Position numbers and translations under genes: made by a program. The notes below the pieces were generated by a model that had not been told where the DNA came from, did not search any database, and saw nothing but the letters and a program-made list of their open reading frames with translations. Below, piece after piece: positions 1-8,672 of a stretch of DNA of 64,000 bases. The stretch covers positions 3,442 to 67,441 of the forward strand of contig CAZXFI010000003.1 in NCBI GenBank assembly GCA_964640225.1, given 5' to 3'. Position 1 is the first letter of the stretch. Each line of letters opens with the position of its first letter. The DNA is from an uncultured archaeon (lineage in GTDB: Archaea > Aenigmatarchaeota > Aenigmatarchaeia > PWEA01 > JAGHBM01).

Positions 1-255
1 AAGCTCGTTTTCAAGTGCGCCACCCAGGAAGTCCCGTGCGTCATGGAAAAAATTAAAAAAAGGATAGAGCCCTCCGACATGAAAGTGATTGAAAAGGACG
101 CGGAAAAACTGGGCGAGCACGAAATAGGGGAAGTTGAGCTGAAACTGGAAACCCCTGTGTTCATGGACGACTTCAACGACATACCTGAAATGGGAAGGTT
201 CGTGCTGGAAAGGAGCGGGACCATAAGCGGCGGGGGAATCGTCACAGAGGTGTGA
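1..255 (+). CDS. C-terminal beta-barrel domain of an EF-Tu/EF-1alpha/CysN-family GTPase. The gene is 5'-truncated by the window edge.
   Basis: The frame is open from nt 1. The motifs KFKCATQEVPC ... GRFVLER ... GGGIV resemble domain 3 of translational GTPases. Confidence 0.45.
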   Translation, partial: KLVFKCATQEVPCVMEKIKKRIEPSDMKVIEKDAEKLGEHEIGEVELKLETPVFMDDFNDIPEMGRFVLERSGTISGGGIVTEV

Positions 256-258
256 AAA

Positions 259-1038
259 ATGTTTCTCGTCCTGGGGATAGACGCGGCCACATGGAAGATG
301 ATAGAACCCAACATCGGCAGGCTTCCTAATTTCAAAAAGCTTCTGGAAACCTGCTACAGCGGGACGATTCACCTGAAGGAAAAGCCCTACTCGCCGCCGC
401 TATGGTGCGGCATGTTCTCAGGAAAAACCGTGGAGGAGCACGGGCACAAAGAATACGTTATGGAGGGAAAGATAAGAAAAAGGGAAGACATACACGTGGA
501 CTTCATCTGGGACATCCTGGAGAAAAAAGGATACAAGGTAAAGGCGGTAAACGTGCCTTTCGTGGTGCCTCCCTACAACTTCGGAGTGGATTTTGAGCCA
601 ATAGGTTACGGACTTCCGGACAATCCGAAAGAGTGGGAAGAAGAACTGGAAAGAGTTACGGAAAAAGTTGTCGGGCTGATAAAGGAAAAACCGGACGTGA
701 TTATAGCCGTATTCACGAGCCTGGACCGCATACAGCACTTCCACTGGGGAGAGCCTCTCGTGGCGGACTGGTATGAAAAAATGGACAGGCGATTGGGGGA
801 AATTTTGTTTGACACAAATTTTTTGGAAAACGAGGATAACCGCTTTATACTAATATCGGACCACGGATTCTGCTCTTTCGGCGAGGCCAAGGTACAGACG
901 CTCCCGAAGAAAACAAAAACAGGGATTGAGATGAAGGGAGACCACCACGAGGATGCCGTGGTGGTGACAAAAAACGCGGGTTATGAAATAAAAAGGCCCC
1001 AGGACGTGTTTTTCGCGATACTCGGGGCATTTGACTAG
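259..1038 (+). CDS. Alkaline-phosphatase-superfamily protein (type I phosphodiesterase / nucleotide pyrophosphatase-like)
   Basis: N-terminal GIDAATW, SPPLWCGMFSGK and LISDHG motifs are typical of the AlkP core. Confidence 0.55.
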   Translation: MFLVLGIDAATWKMIEPNIGRLPNFKKLLETCYSGTIHLKEKPYSPPLWCGMFSGKTVEEHGHKEYVMEGKIRKREDIHVDFIWDILEKKGYKVKAVNVPFVVPPYNFGVDFEPIGYGLPDNPKEWEEELERVTEKVVGLIKEKPDVIIAVFTSLDRIQHFHWGEPLVADWYEKMDRRLGEILFDTNFLENEDNRFILISDHGFCSFGEAKVQTLPKKTKTGIEMKGDHHEDAVVVTKNAGYEIKRPQDVFFAILGAFD

Positions 1039-1082
1039 TTAGATTTATATTGCTTACGATTTTATTAATACAAGGTGAAAGG

Positions 1083-2018
1083 ATGAAAGTGGGGGTAGTA
1101 GGAGCGGGAATGATGGGCTCCCTGCATTCCAGGGTTTATTACGAGTTGCCTGGAGTGGAACTGGCTGCTGTTGTGGACAAAGATTTGGAGAAAGCCAGGA
1201 AAACGGCGGAAAAATACGGGGCCCGGGCTTTCAGCGACATGAAAGAGCTGGTTGGAAAAGTGGACGCAGTCACGGTCGCGGTTCCCACGAGCCTTCACAA
1301 GGACGTTTCTGTTTTCTTCCTGAAAAACGGGATAGACGTGTTGGTGGAAAAACCCATGGCCCTGACAATTGAAGAGGCCGATGAAATGATAAAGACGGCC
1401 GAGGAGAACAATCGGGTTTTCATGGTAGGGCACATTGAAAGGTTCAACCCGGCCATAGGGGCTTTAAGGGAAATGGTTAAGAATGAAAAGATTTATGAAA
1501 TAGAAACCAGGAGAAGGAACCCCTTCATAAGCAGGATAAACGACTGCGGCGTGGTCCTGGACCTCATGGTGCATGACATAGACGTGGTGAGGTACATAAC
1601 AGGGGAAACCCCGAAAATTGACTACGTTGTCGGGGGCTCTGTGAAATCAAAACACGAGGACTGGGCCAAAGTCTTCGTACGGTACGGGGACATACCCGCC
1701 GTGCATCTTTCCGACAGGAGAACCCAGAAAAAGATAAGAAATATAGAGGTTACCTGCGAGGACAAGCTTATAGTCGTGGATTATTTCAGGCAGACCATAA
1801 ATGTCTACAGCCAGGCAAAGATAATTTACGGGACCATACCCACGTTTGCCGAAAAAATGGAGACCGTAAACGTCAGGGGGGAGCCTCTCAAGCTTGAGCT
1901 TTCTGAATTCATGGATTGCGTGAAAACCAGAAGGAAGCCCTGCGTTGACGGGGAGGAAGGCAAGAAGAACATGCAGATAATATCCCAGATTCTTGAAAAA
2001 ATGAGAGTGGGTGAATGA
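1083..2018 (+). CDS. Gfo/Idh/MocA-family NAD-dependent oxidoreductase, WbpB-like UDP-GlcNAcA 3-dehydrogenase candidate
   Basis: MKVGVVGAGMMG Rossmann N-terminus. GGTGA purine tract lies 5 nt upstream of ATG 1083. Sits next to the WbpA/E/D homologs. Confidence 0.7.
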   Translation: MKVGVVGAGMMGSLHSRVYYELPGVELAAVVDKDLEKARKTAEKYGARAFSDMKELVGKVDAVTVAVPTSLHKDVSVFFLKNGIDVLVEKPMALTIEEADEMIKTAEENNRVFMVGHIERFNPAIGALREMVKNEKIYEIETRRRNPFISRINDCGVVLDLMVHDIDVVRYITGETPKIDYVVGGSVKSKHEDWAKVFVRYGDIPAVHLSDRRTQKKIRNIEVTCEDKLIVVDYFRQTINVYSQAKIIYGTIPTFAEKMETVNVRGEPLKLELSEFMDCVKTRRKPCVDGEEGKKNMQIISQILEKMRVGE

Positions 2019-3286
2019 AAGGGAAAATCTGCGTGGTCGGCCTGGGCTACGTCGGCATACCCGTGGCCGCGAAGTTTGCGGAAGCCGGCTTTGAGGTCGT
2101 GGGCATAGACATAGACAAGGAAAAAGTTGAGAAGCTGAACAAAGGCGTCTTTCCTTTGAAGGGAGAGGAGCCTGGAATGAAGGAACTTGTTGAAAAAACC
2201 GTCAAAACCGGGAAACTGAAGGCAAGTCTTGATTACAATGAATGCAAGAATGCTGATTTTATCATAATTTCCGTGCAGACCCCCATGATGGGGGATGACC
2301 CGGACTATTCATTTCTCAAGAAATCTTTGGAAGAAACTGCCGGGAGAATAAAGAGGGGATGCCTGGTTAGCGTGGAGTCCACCCTGGCTCCCAAGACCAT
2401 GGAAAAAATTGTAAAACCTATTCTTGAGAAGGGTTCCGGGTTAAGGGCCGGTGATGATTTTTATCTTATACACTGCCCCGAGAGGGTTAGGCCCGGGCAT
2501 CTCTTATACCAGCTGGAGTATTTCAACAGGGTTGTCGGCGGGGTAAACAGGGAGAGCGCTGAAAAGGCCATGGGATTCTATGAAAAAATCGTCAGGGGAG
2601 ATTTGGACTTGACCGACATGACAAGCGCGGAGATAGTCAAGACTGTTGAAAACACTTACAGGGATGTGCAGATAGCTTTTGCTAACGAAATTGCCGTGGT
2701 GTGCGAAAAACTCGGCGCCGATGTTTTTGAAATAAGGGAGCTTGTCAACAAATGCCCGTGGAGGGACATGCACGTGCCCGGGGCAGGGGTTGGGGGGCAC
2801 TGCATACCGAAGGACCCCAGGCTTCTGGCTTACAGCGTCATGGATTCTTACAAACCGGAGCTGGTTCTTCTCTCAAGGAAGATAAACGAGGGCATGCCCC
2901 GGCATGTGGTGGATTTGGTAAAAGAAAACGTGAAGACAGACGGACCAAAAGCAAGCATCCTGGGACTGGCGTTTGTCAAGGATACTGATGATATGAGAAA
3001 CAGTCCCTCCGGGGAAATAATAAAGGGGCTGGAAGAATCAGGGTTTGAAGTTTGCGCGCACGACCCTTACGTTGAAAGCAGGGGGCTGGACGAATGCCTG
3101 AAAGGCAGCGACTGCCTGGTGCTTGTGACAGACCACGCCAAGTTCAGGGAGCTGAACACCGGCAAAGGGCTTGAAAAAATAAGGAAGCTTATGAGGACTC
3201 CCGTTATCGTGGACGGGAGGAACCTGTTTGACAAAAAGCTGTGCGAGGAATCGGGTTTCGTGTATAAGGGCATAGGAAAGGGCTAG
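2015..3286 (+). CDS. UDP-N-acetyl-D-glucosamine/mannosamine 6-dehydrogenase (nucleotide-sugar dehydrogenase family, WbpA/WecC-like)
   Basis: N-terminal GLGYVGIP Rossmann motif and the catalytic GGHCIPKD motif. The start overlaps the upstream stop. Confidence 0.8.
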   Translation: MKGKICVVGLGYVGIPVAAKFAEAGFEVVGIDIDKEKVEKLNKGVFPLKGEEPGMKELVEKTVKTGKLKASLDYNECKNADFIIISVQTPMMGDDPDYSFLKKSLEETAGRIKRGCLVSVESTLAPKTMEKIVKPILEKGSGLRAGDDFYLIHCPERVRPGHLLYQLEYFNRVVGGVNRESAEKAMGFYEKIVRGDLDLTDMTSAEIVKTVENTYRDVQIAFANEIAVVCEKLGADVFEIRELVNKCPWRDMHVPGAGVGGHCIPKDPRLLAYSVMDSYKPELVLLSRKINEGMPRHVVDLVKENVKTDGPKASILGLAFVKDTDDMRNSPSGEIIKGLEESGFEVCAHDPYVESRGLDECLKGSDCLVLVTDHAKFRELNTGKGLEKIRKLMRTPVIVDGRNLFDKKLCEESGFVYKGIGKG

Positions 3287-4338
3287 ATTAATTCTTGGGG
3301 CAAACCTTTGCCTACCAGGGAAATGCCTCCCCAGTATCTCATGAGGCGTGTTCCCCATTTGACGTCAAACTTAGGAACCTCTTCACCGAGGGCGTGCTTT
3401 ACGGCGCCGTATATTACGTTTGCACCCGCAAGAGTTGACAGAACCATGGTCCCCTGAATTCTGGGGTTGCTCTCCAGTATTTTCGGCACGCCTTTTTCGT
3501 CAAGCTTGAACTGGTATCCGTGGGCGTACTCCAGTCCCATCTCCATGGAAAGCTTTTCCGAGGCCTCTATTATCGGCTGGTTTTTTTCCGCGGTTCCGTT
3601 GAAGGTTATCCCGGTCCTTATGTGGTCCCTGGAGCGCGGAATCACAACGGTCCTGTTAGCGGTGAGCACATCCACCGAGTATTCCTTTCCGGAAAGAAAT
3701 TCCGTTGCTATAAGCTCAGGGAAGCTTTCGCCCAGAATCGCTTTCAGCTCCTCTTTTCTGATGTGAACGCCGGAAGGCTTTTCCGAATAAAACGTCTTTT
3801 TCCTGTCTTCGGTTTCGCTGACTATCCTCAGTCCCCTCATGCCGCTGGAAACAGGAGGCTTCACTACAACTGGAACGTCAGGCCAGCCCAGGTCTTCCAT
3901 GTGTTTTTCCAGCTCGCTGAAATTGTCTGAAAGGTAAAAATTGGCGGTGGGAAGGCCCAGCTTTCTGGATATCTTCATCAGCTCGTGTTTGTTGTTTGAA
4001 ATTTCTATTCCCTTTCTGTCGGAAATGGCAACTTTAGTTCCGGTTTTTTCAAAATCCCTTCTGTGTTCCGACAGCTTGGCCAGCTCCGCGGTCACCTGCG
4101 GGAGGATTACGTCAACTTTCTCTTTCTCGCACACGTCCATTAAACGGCTTAAGAAAGACTGTTCGGAAGGCTTTGGAATCACGTGGAAAGAGTCGCAGAG
4201 GTGCCTGCCCACCACGTCCTCCCTTATGTCCACGCCCACAGTCCTTATCTTCCTTTTGTCAAAGTTGTTCCTGAGGGAAAAAAGCGTGCCTTTTATACCC
4301 GGAGCCCCTGCTCCCGTGACCAGAACTACTGCCTCCAC
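3283..4338 (-). CDS. ATP-grasp domain ligase (carboxylate-amine ligase family)
   Basis: Length and a PylC/CarB-like ATP-grasp arrangement. Sits inside the sugar-modification cluster. Confidence 0.55.
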   Translation of the reverse strand: MEAVVLVTGAGAPGIKGTLFSLRNNFDKRKIRTVGVDIREDVVGRHLCDSFHVIPKPSEQSFLSRLMDVCEKEKVDVILPQVTAELAKLSEHRRDFEKTGTKVAISDRKGIEISNNKHELMKISRKLGLPTANFYLSDNFSELEKHMEDLGWPDVPVVVKPPVSSGMRGLRIVSETEDRKKTFYSEKPSGVHIRKEELKAILGESFPELIATEFLSGKEYSVDVLTANRTVVIPRSRDHIRTGITFNGTAEKNQPIIEASEKLSMEMGLEYAHGYQFKLDEKGVPKILESNPRIQGTMVLSTLAGANVIYGAVKHALGEEVPKFDVKWGTRLMRYWGGISLVGKGLPQELI

Positions 4339-4958
4339 CTTATCACCTCAAAGGCTTCCGCGTAATCATTGTCGGACTGCACGCCCCTTACCCTTGCAAG
4401 GCCCCTGATGAAGTCCTCGGAGAAATAGCCTCTTTTCATGGACTTCTGGGTATTGTAGCAGCTCAGCATGTCCATTTTCCTTTTAACGTGTCTTTCGGAA
4501 AGCCTGAAAAAGAAAGTCGGGGAGAAGCCTATCTTGTTCCACGGAATTTCGTAACCGAGAATGTTGGAACGCTTGTTGAACGCTCTCAATCCTTCCATGG
4601 CCACAACGTGATGGTCCTGGTGAAAATCATTAAGGGAAGGCATTATCACCAGGTCCGGTGAAAATTCCTGCCTTATTTTTATCAGGCTTTCAAGTATTTC
4701 CTGCCTTTTTTCGTGAAAACACCTCACCTTGAAATCATATATTGTATATTTTTCAAGGCCGAGTTTTTTTGCCACTTCCAGGAATTCTTTTTTCAAGGCG
4801 TCCCTGGGAAATCCCCCCGGGACCGAGTCCTCGGCCACGGAAAAAACCACCCACTTGACATCGTGCCCCTCTTCAAGAAAACGGGCCACGGTGCCGCCCG
4901 CCCCCAGTTCCACGTCGTCCGTGTGAGGCGAGAGAAGCAGTATCTTTATTTTTTTCAT
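4326..4958 (-). CDS. PIG-L/LmbE-family N-acetyl-sugar deacetylase
   Basis: The N-terminal SPHTDDVELGAGGT motif is the LmbE/PIG-L signature. Confidence 0.7.
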   Translation of the reverse strand: MKKIKILLLSPHTDDVELGAGGTVARFLEEGHDVKWVVFSVAEDSVPGGFPRDALKKEFLEVAKKLGLEKYTIYDFKVRCFHEKRQEILESLIKIRQEFSPDLVIMPSLNDFHQDHHVVAMEGLRAFNKRSNILGYEIPWNKIGFSPTFFFRLSERHVKRKMDMLSCYNTQKSMKRGYFSEDFIRGLARVRGVQSDNDYAEAFEVIRWRQ

Positions 4959-6025
4959 AAAATCCCCTTTATAGAGTTGACTATCGTGCTTAAATCTTTT
5001 TGCTCCAGGGCGGGATGAACCGGCAGGGACAGGACTTTTCTGGACATCTCCTCTGTTACAGGCAGAAAGTCACCGTATCCCATCTTCTGGTAAAATGGCT
5101 GCTTGTGTATGGGCTTTGGGTAGTAAACCCTGGCTCCGATTCCGGCCTCGTTGAGTTTTTTCAAGAGAAAGTCCCTTTTGTCCGTTTTTATGGTGTACTG
5201 GTGGTAAGCGTGTTTTACGTGGGAAGACACGTACGGCGTTTCCACGGCATCCTTGAGCTTCTTTGTCAGGTATCCCGCGTTTTCCGACCTTATTTTGTTG
5301 AAGCGGTTTAGCTTCTTCAGTTGCTCCAGGCCTATTGCCGCGTTTATGTTTGTCATTCTAAGGTTGAATCCCAGGCATTCGTGCTCGTAGGTCTGCGTCT
5401 GGCCGTGGTTCCTGAGTTTCCTGAGCTTCTCTGCCAGTGCGTCGCTGTTAGTCGTGACCATTCCCCCCTCTCCCGTTATCATGTTCTTGGTGGCGTAAAA
5501 GGAGAAGGCCGCGCAGTCGCCGAAAGACCCGGCCTTGCGGCCCCTGTACTCGGAGCCGTGCGCCTGGGCCGCATCTTCCAGAACTTTCAGACCCCTTTCC
5601 CTGGCTATGCTCGTTATCTCATCCATTTCAGCCGGGTGGCCGTAAAGGTGGACTGGAATTATTGCCTTGGTTTTGGGGGTTATTTTCTCCCTTATCCTTT
5701 CCGGGTTTATGTTGAAGGTTTTTGAGTCTATGTCAGCGAAAACGGGTTTGGCCCCGCAGAAAAGGATTGAATTGGCTGTGGCTATGAAGGAAAAGGAAGT
5801 TGTTATAACTTCGTCTCCGGGGCCCACTCCCATGGCCAGGAGAGCCAGGTGAAGGGCGGTGGTACCTGAGGAAACAGCCACGGCATGCTCCGTTCCCGTG
5901 TAGCGGGCAAAGTTCTTTTCAAGCTCCTCCACTTTCACCCCCTGAACCAGCATTCCCGAGTTCAGGACGTCAATTACGGCCTTCTTTTCCTCTTCCCCTA
6001 TCAGGGGATTTGCTATGTGAATCAT
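4955..6025 (-). CDS. DegT/DnrJ/EryC1 PLP-dependent sugar aminotransferase (WbpE-like)
   Basis: The track ORF reaches 6301, but the conserved N-terminus MIHIANPLIGEEE begins at ATG 6025. GGAGG lies 6 nt upstream. The ATGA overlaps the upstream gene's stop. Confidence 0.8.
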   Translation of the reverse strand: MIHIANPLIGEEEKKAVIDVLNSGMLVQGVKVEELEKNFARYTGTEHAVAVSSGTTALHLALLAMGVGPGDEVITTSFSFIATANSILFCGAKPVFADIDSKTFNINPERIREKITPKTKAIIPVHLYGHPAEMDEITSIARERGLKVLEDAAQAHGSEYRGRKAGSFGDCAAFSFYATKNMITGEGGMVTTNSDALAEKLRKLRNHGQTQTYEHECLGFNLRMTNINAAIGLEQLKKLNRFNKIRSENAGYLTKKLKDAVETPYVSSHVKHAYHQYTIKTDKRDFLLKKLNEAGIGARVYYPKPIHKQPFYQKMGYGDFLPVTEEMSRKVLSLPVHPALEQKDLSTIVNSIKGIL

Positions 6026-6684
6026 TCCAACCTCCTCATCCTGTCGGAAAGGTTTGTGGGGTCCAGCTTCCTTACAATGTCCCGCACGTCGCCTGTTACC
6101 CTTGCAGGCACGCCGTAAACAACCTTGAAATCGGGGACATCCCTGGTTACAACGGAGCCCGCCCCGACAAGAGCCCCCCTTCCTATGGTTATGCCCGGCA
6201 GTATCGTGGCGTTGGCCGCTATCGTGGCGCATCTTTTGATAAGGGAGGCGTCGCATTTCCAGTCTTTCAGGAAAGCAGGGGCCTTGTCGTTGGTCAGGCA
6301 CACATTGGGCGCCAGAAAAACATCATCCTCTATCACAGTTCCGGTGGGTATGTACACGCCGGCCTGGATACTGACATTCTTTCCCACGGTGCAGTTGTTG
6401 TCTATCGTAACGCTGGTCCCTATGAGAGTACCGTCCCCTATGCGCGTGTTCTCCCTTACCATGTAGAAATGGCCTGTCCTGACGTTGTCTCCCAGGACTG
6501 CCTTGGAATAAATTGTCCCGTGTGCCCTCAGGTGGCAGTTTTTGCCCACAACAGAGCCCTCTATGCCACCAGGGTTTTTCTTGAAGGCGTCAATCTCCGA
6601 AACTGACGGGTGGCCTATGGTAACGTGGTCCCCTATTATCGTTCCGGAACCTATTCTGCTTTTGCCGTATACGGAAGGTTTCAT
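6022..6684 (-). CDS. Left-handed beta-helix (hexapeptide) N-acetyltransferase (WbpD/PglD-like)
   Basis: Repeated [LIV]GxxxxI hexapeptide pattern throughout the protein. Confidence 0.8.
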   Translation of the reverse strand: MKPSVYGKSRIGSGTIIGDHVTIGHPSVSEIDAFKKNPGGIEGSVVGKNCHLRAHGTIYSKAVLGDNVRTGHFYMVRENTRIGDGTLIGTSVTIDNNCTVGKNVSIQAGVYIPTGTVIEDDVFLAPNVCLTNDKAPAFLKDWKCDASLIKRCATIAANATILPGITIGRGALVGAGSVVTRDVPDFKVVYGVPARVTGDVRDIVRKLDPTNLSDRMRRLE

Positions 6685-6722
6685 GAAATAGTTTTGGAAA
6701 AAAACGCTTAAATAGGTTGAAT

Positions 6723-7637
6723 TCAGCCCAGTATTTCCTGTATGGTTTTTGCCACGGACTCCCTGGAATTGTATTGCGGTGACCAGCCCAATTTTTTTAT
6801 TTTGGCTATGTTAAGAAGGAACTTGGGCACGTCGCCTTTCCATCCCCGCTTTCCGCCAGTATACCTTATGGAGGCCTCGGAAGACTTTTTTTCTATGACC
6901 AGTTCCGCTATCTCCTTTACTTTTATTGTGTCCTCGGAGCCTATGTTGAAAATGTTAACCTTTTCCCGCGAGTTTTCCGCCGCATAGAGAATGGCGCCCA
7001 CGCAGTCCTCCACATGCAGGTAGGACTTGTTCTGGGAGCCGTCTCCCAGAACCTCAAGTTCTTCAGGATTTTTTTCCAGTTTTTTCACGAAATCGGGAAT
7101 CACACCATGGTTTGACCTGCCGCCTATTATGTTGGCCAGCCTGAAAACCCATGAATGTATACCGAACTCGGAGTAGGCGTAGATAAGGGACTCGGCGGCC
7201 AGTTTTGACGCGCCGTAAAGGGATATTGTCACCAGCGGGCCGTAGTCTTCCGGGGTGGGTATGACCTTTGCCTCGCCGTAAACAGTGGAGGTTGATGTGA
7301 AGGCTATTTTGTCCAGTTTGTTCACCCGCATGGCTTCAAGCACGTTGTGGGTCGCGATTATGTTCTCCCTTATGTGAATCTCGTGGTTCTCCTCCCCGAG
7401 CCTCACGTCAGGGTTTGCCGCCAGGTGGTATACCGCCTCAACCCCCTTCACGTTTTCGGCCACGAAATCCTTGTCCTTCAGGTCGCCTTTGACAAAAACC
7501 GCCCCGGGATTCACGTTTTCCTTTTTGCCGGAAGAAAGATTGTCTATTACCGTGACCTCGTGGCCCCTTTCCAGAAGCCTGTCCACAAGGCACGAGCCTA
7601 TGAAGCCCGCGCCGCCGGTAACCAGAATTTTGCCCAT
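6723..7637 (-). CDS. NAD-dependent nucleotide-sugar epimerase/dehydratase (GalE-like SDR)
   Basis: VTGGAGFIGS and YxxxK short-chain-dehydrogenase motifs. Confidence 0.8.
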   Translation of the reverse strand: MGKILVTGGAGFIGSCLVDRLLERGHEVTVIDNLSSGKKENVNPGAVFVKGDLKDKDFVAENVKGVEAVYHLAANPDVRLGEENHEIHIRENIIATHNVLEAMRVNKLDKIAFTSTSTVYGEAKVIPTPEDYGPLVTISLYGASKLAAESLIYAYSEFGIHSWVFRLANIIGGRSNHGVIPDFVKKLEKNPEELEVLGDGSQNKSYLHVEDCVGAILYAAENSREKVNIFNIGSEDTIKVKEIAELVIEKKSSEASIRYTGGKRGWKGDVPKFLLNIAKIKKLGWSPQYNSRESVAKTIQEILG

Positions 7638-7686
7638 GAAAATTTTTGGGAGGGAGTTTATTTAAATTTCTTTAATTTATCAAAAG

Positions 7687-8661
7687 TTACTTAAACTTTA
7701 GGGAGAAAATAACGGCGCCCAGAACAATATAAGGCCAGAACATGAAAAGCCTTGTTATGAGAGTCACGGCAGTAACCTGGGCCAGGGTCACTGAAAAAAG
7801 TGATGTGAAAAAAGTGACCGTCACCACCTCAGAAGAGCCTATCGCGCCGGGCAGGAAAGTCATCACCCCTATGAGCACGGAAAGCGGAATTACTGCTATG
7901 CAGGCCCATGCCAAGTTCTGCGCCATGAAACCCGTTGATAGAAAGGAAATATAGACCGACAGGCCCTGTATCATCCACACAACTGCGGTCAGGGCAAAGG
8001 AAGAAACAAGCGTGGGTACGTGCTTGTATTTTACAAAGGCCTTGTTAAGCTTATTAGAGCCTTTCCTTACCCTGCTTTCATAAGACTTTACCTTGGGTAT
8101 GAAAGAGAACACCCTGAAAAGCCTTGTGAAGAACGCCTCGGAGCGCTTCTCTGAAGTTATGACAAAAATACCCAGGCCTACCACGAAGACATAAAGTAAC
8201 AAGGATATAAAAATCCAGTCAATCATCGTCTCCAGGGCCGCGAAGAGGAAGTACATGGAGATTAGGGCAACCAGCAGAAGGAAAACAACATCCAGCATCC
8301 TCTCAACCACAACCGAGGACAGGGAACTGGAAAAGGATTCGTCCTCCGTCCTCTTAAGTATCACGGAGCGTATGGGGTCCCCTGTTTTTGCCGGGCTGAT
8401 GTTTGAAAAGAACATTGAGGCCACGAATATCTGCCATGCCCTGGAAAATTTTGTTTTTATTCCTATCCTTCCCAGAAGCACCTGCCACCTGAGTGTCCTT
8501 ACTATTGTGTCGGCAATCCAGAGAAAAAACAGGACAAAAAGAAGAAAGGGGTTGGCCACGGCCATTATGTGGAGCGTTTTTCCAATGTCCGAAAAGTAAA
8601 GCAGGATGCCAAGTATGGAAAAGGACAGAATAAACAGCAGAAACCTTTTTTTAATTCTCAC
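7687..8661 (-). CDS. Polytopic membrane protein, UPF0104 / LPG-synthase-TM-like (flippase-like)
   Basis: Multiple TM helices and an RWQVLL motif. Confidence 0.45.
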   Translation of the reverse strand: MRIKKRFLLFILSFSILGILLYFSDIGKTLHIMAVANPFLLFVLFFLWIADTIVRTLRWQVLLGRIGIKTKFSRAWQIFVASMFFSNISPAKTGDPIRSVILKRTEDESFSSSLSSVVVERMLDVVFLLLVALISMYFLFAALETMIDWIFISLLLYVFVVGLGIFVITSEKRSEAFFTRLFRVFSFIPKVKSYESRVRKGSNKLNKAFVKYKHVPTLVSSFALTAVVWMIQGLSVYISFLSTGFMAQNLAWACIAVIPLSVLIGVMTFLPGAIGSSEVVTVTFFTSLFSVTLAQVTAVTLITRLFMFWPYIVLGAVIFSLKFK

Positions 8662-8672
8662 GGTTTTTCACC

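Noticed and set aside
402-1030. Overlapping ORFs 402-596(+), 418-744(-), 606-890(-), 845-1030(-) inside the AlkP-family gene
   Set aside because: They are antisense or out-of-frame shadows of a well-supported 259-aa CDS. Products are R/G/P-rich and low-complexity.
6026-6301. N-terminal 92-aa extension of the track ORF 4955-6301 (MPDQRQGPCF...)
   Set aside because: Cys/Arg-rich, non-conserved, and it overlaps the hexapeptide acetyltransferase in another frame. The conserved DegT N-terminus starts at ATG 6025 with GGAGG upstream.
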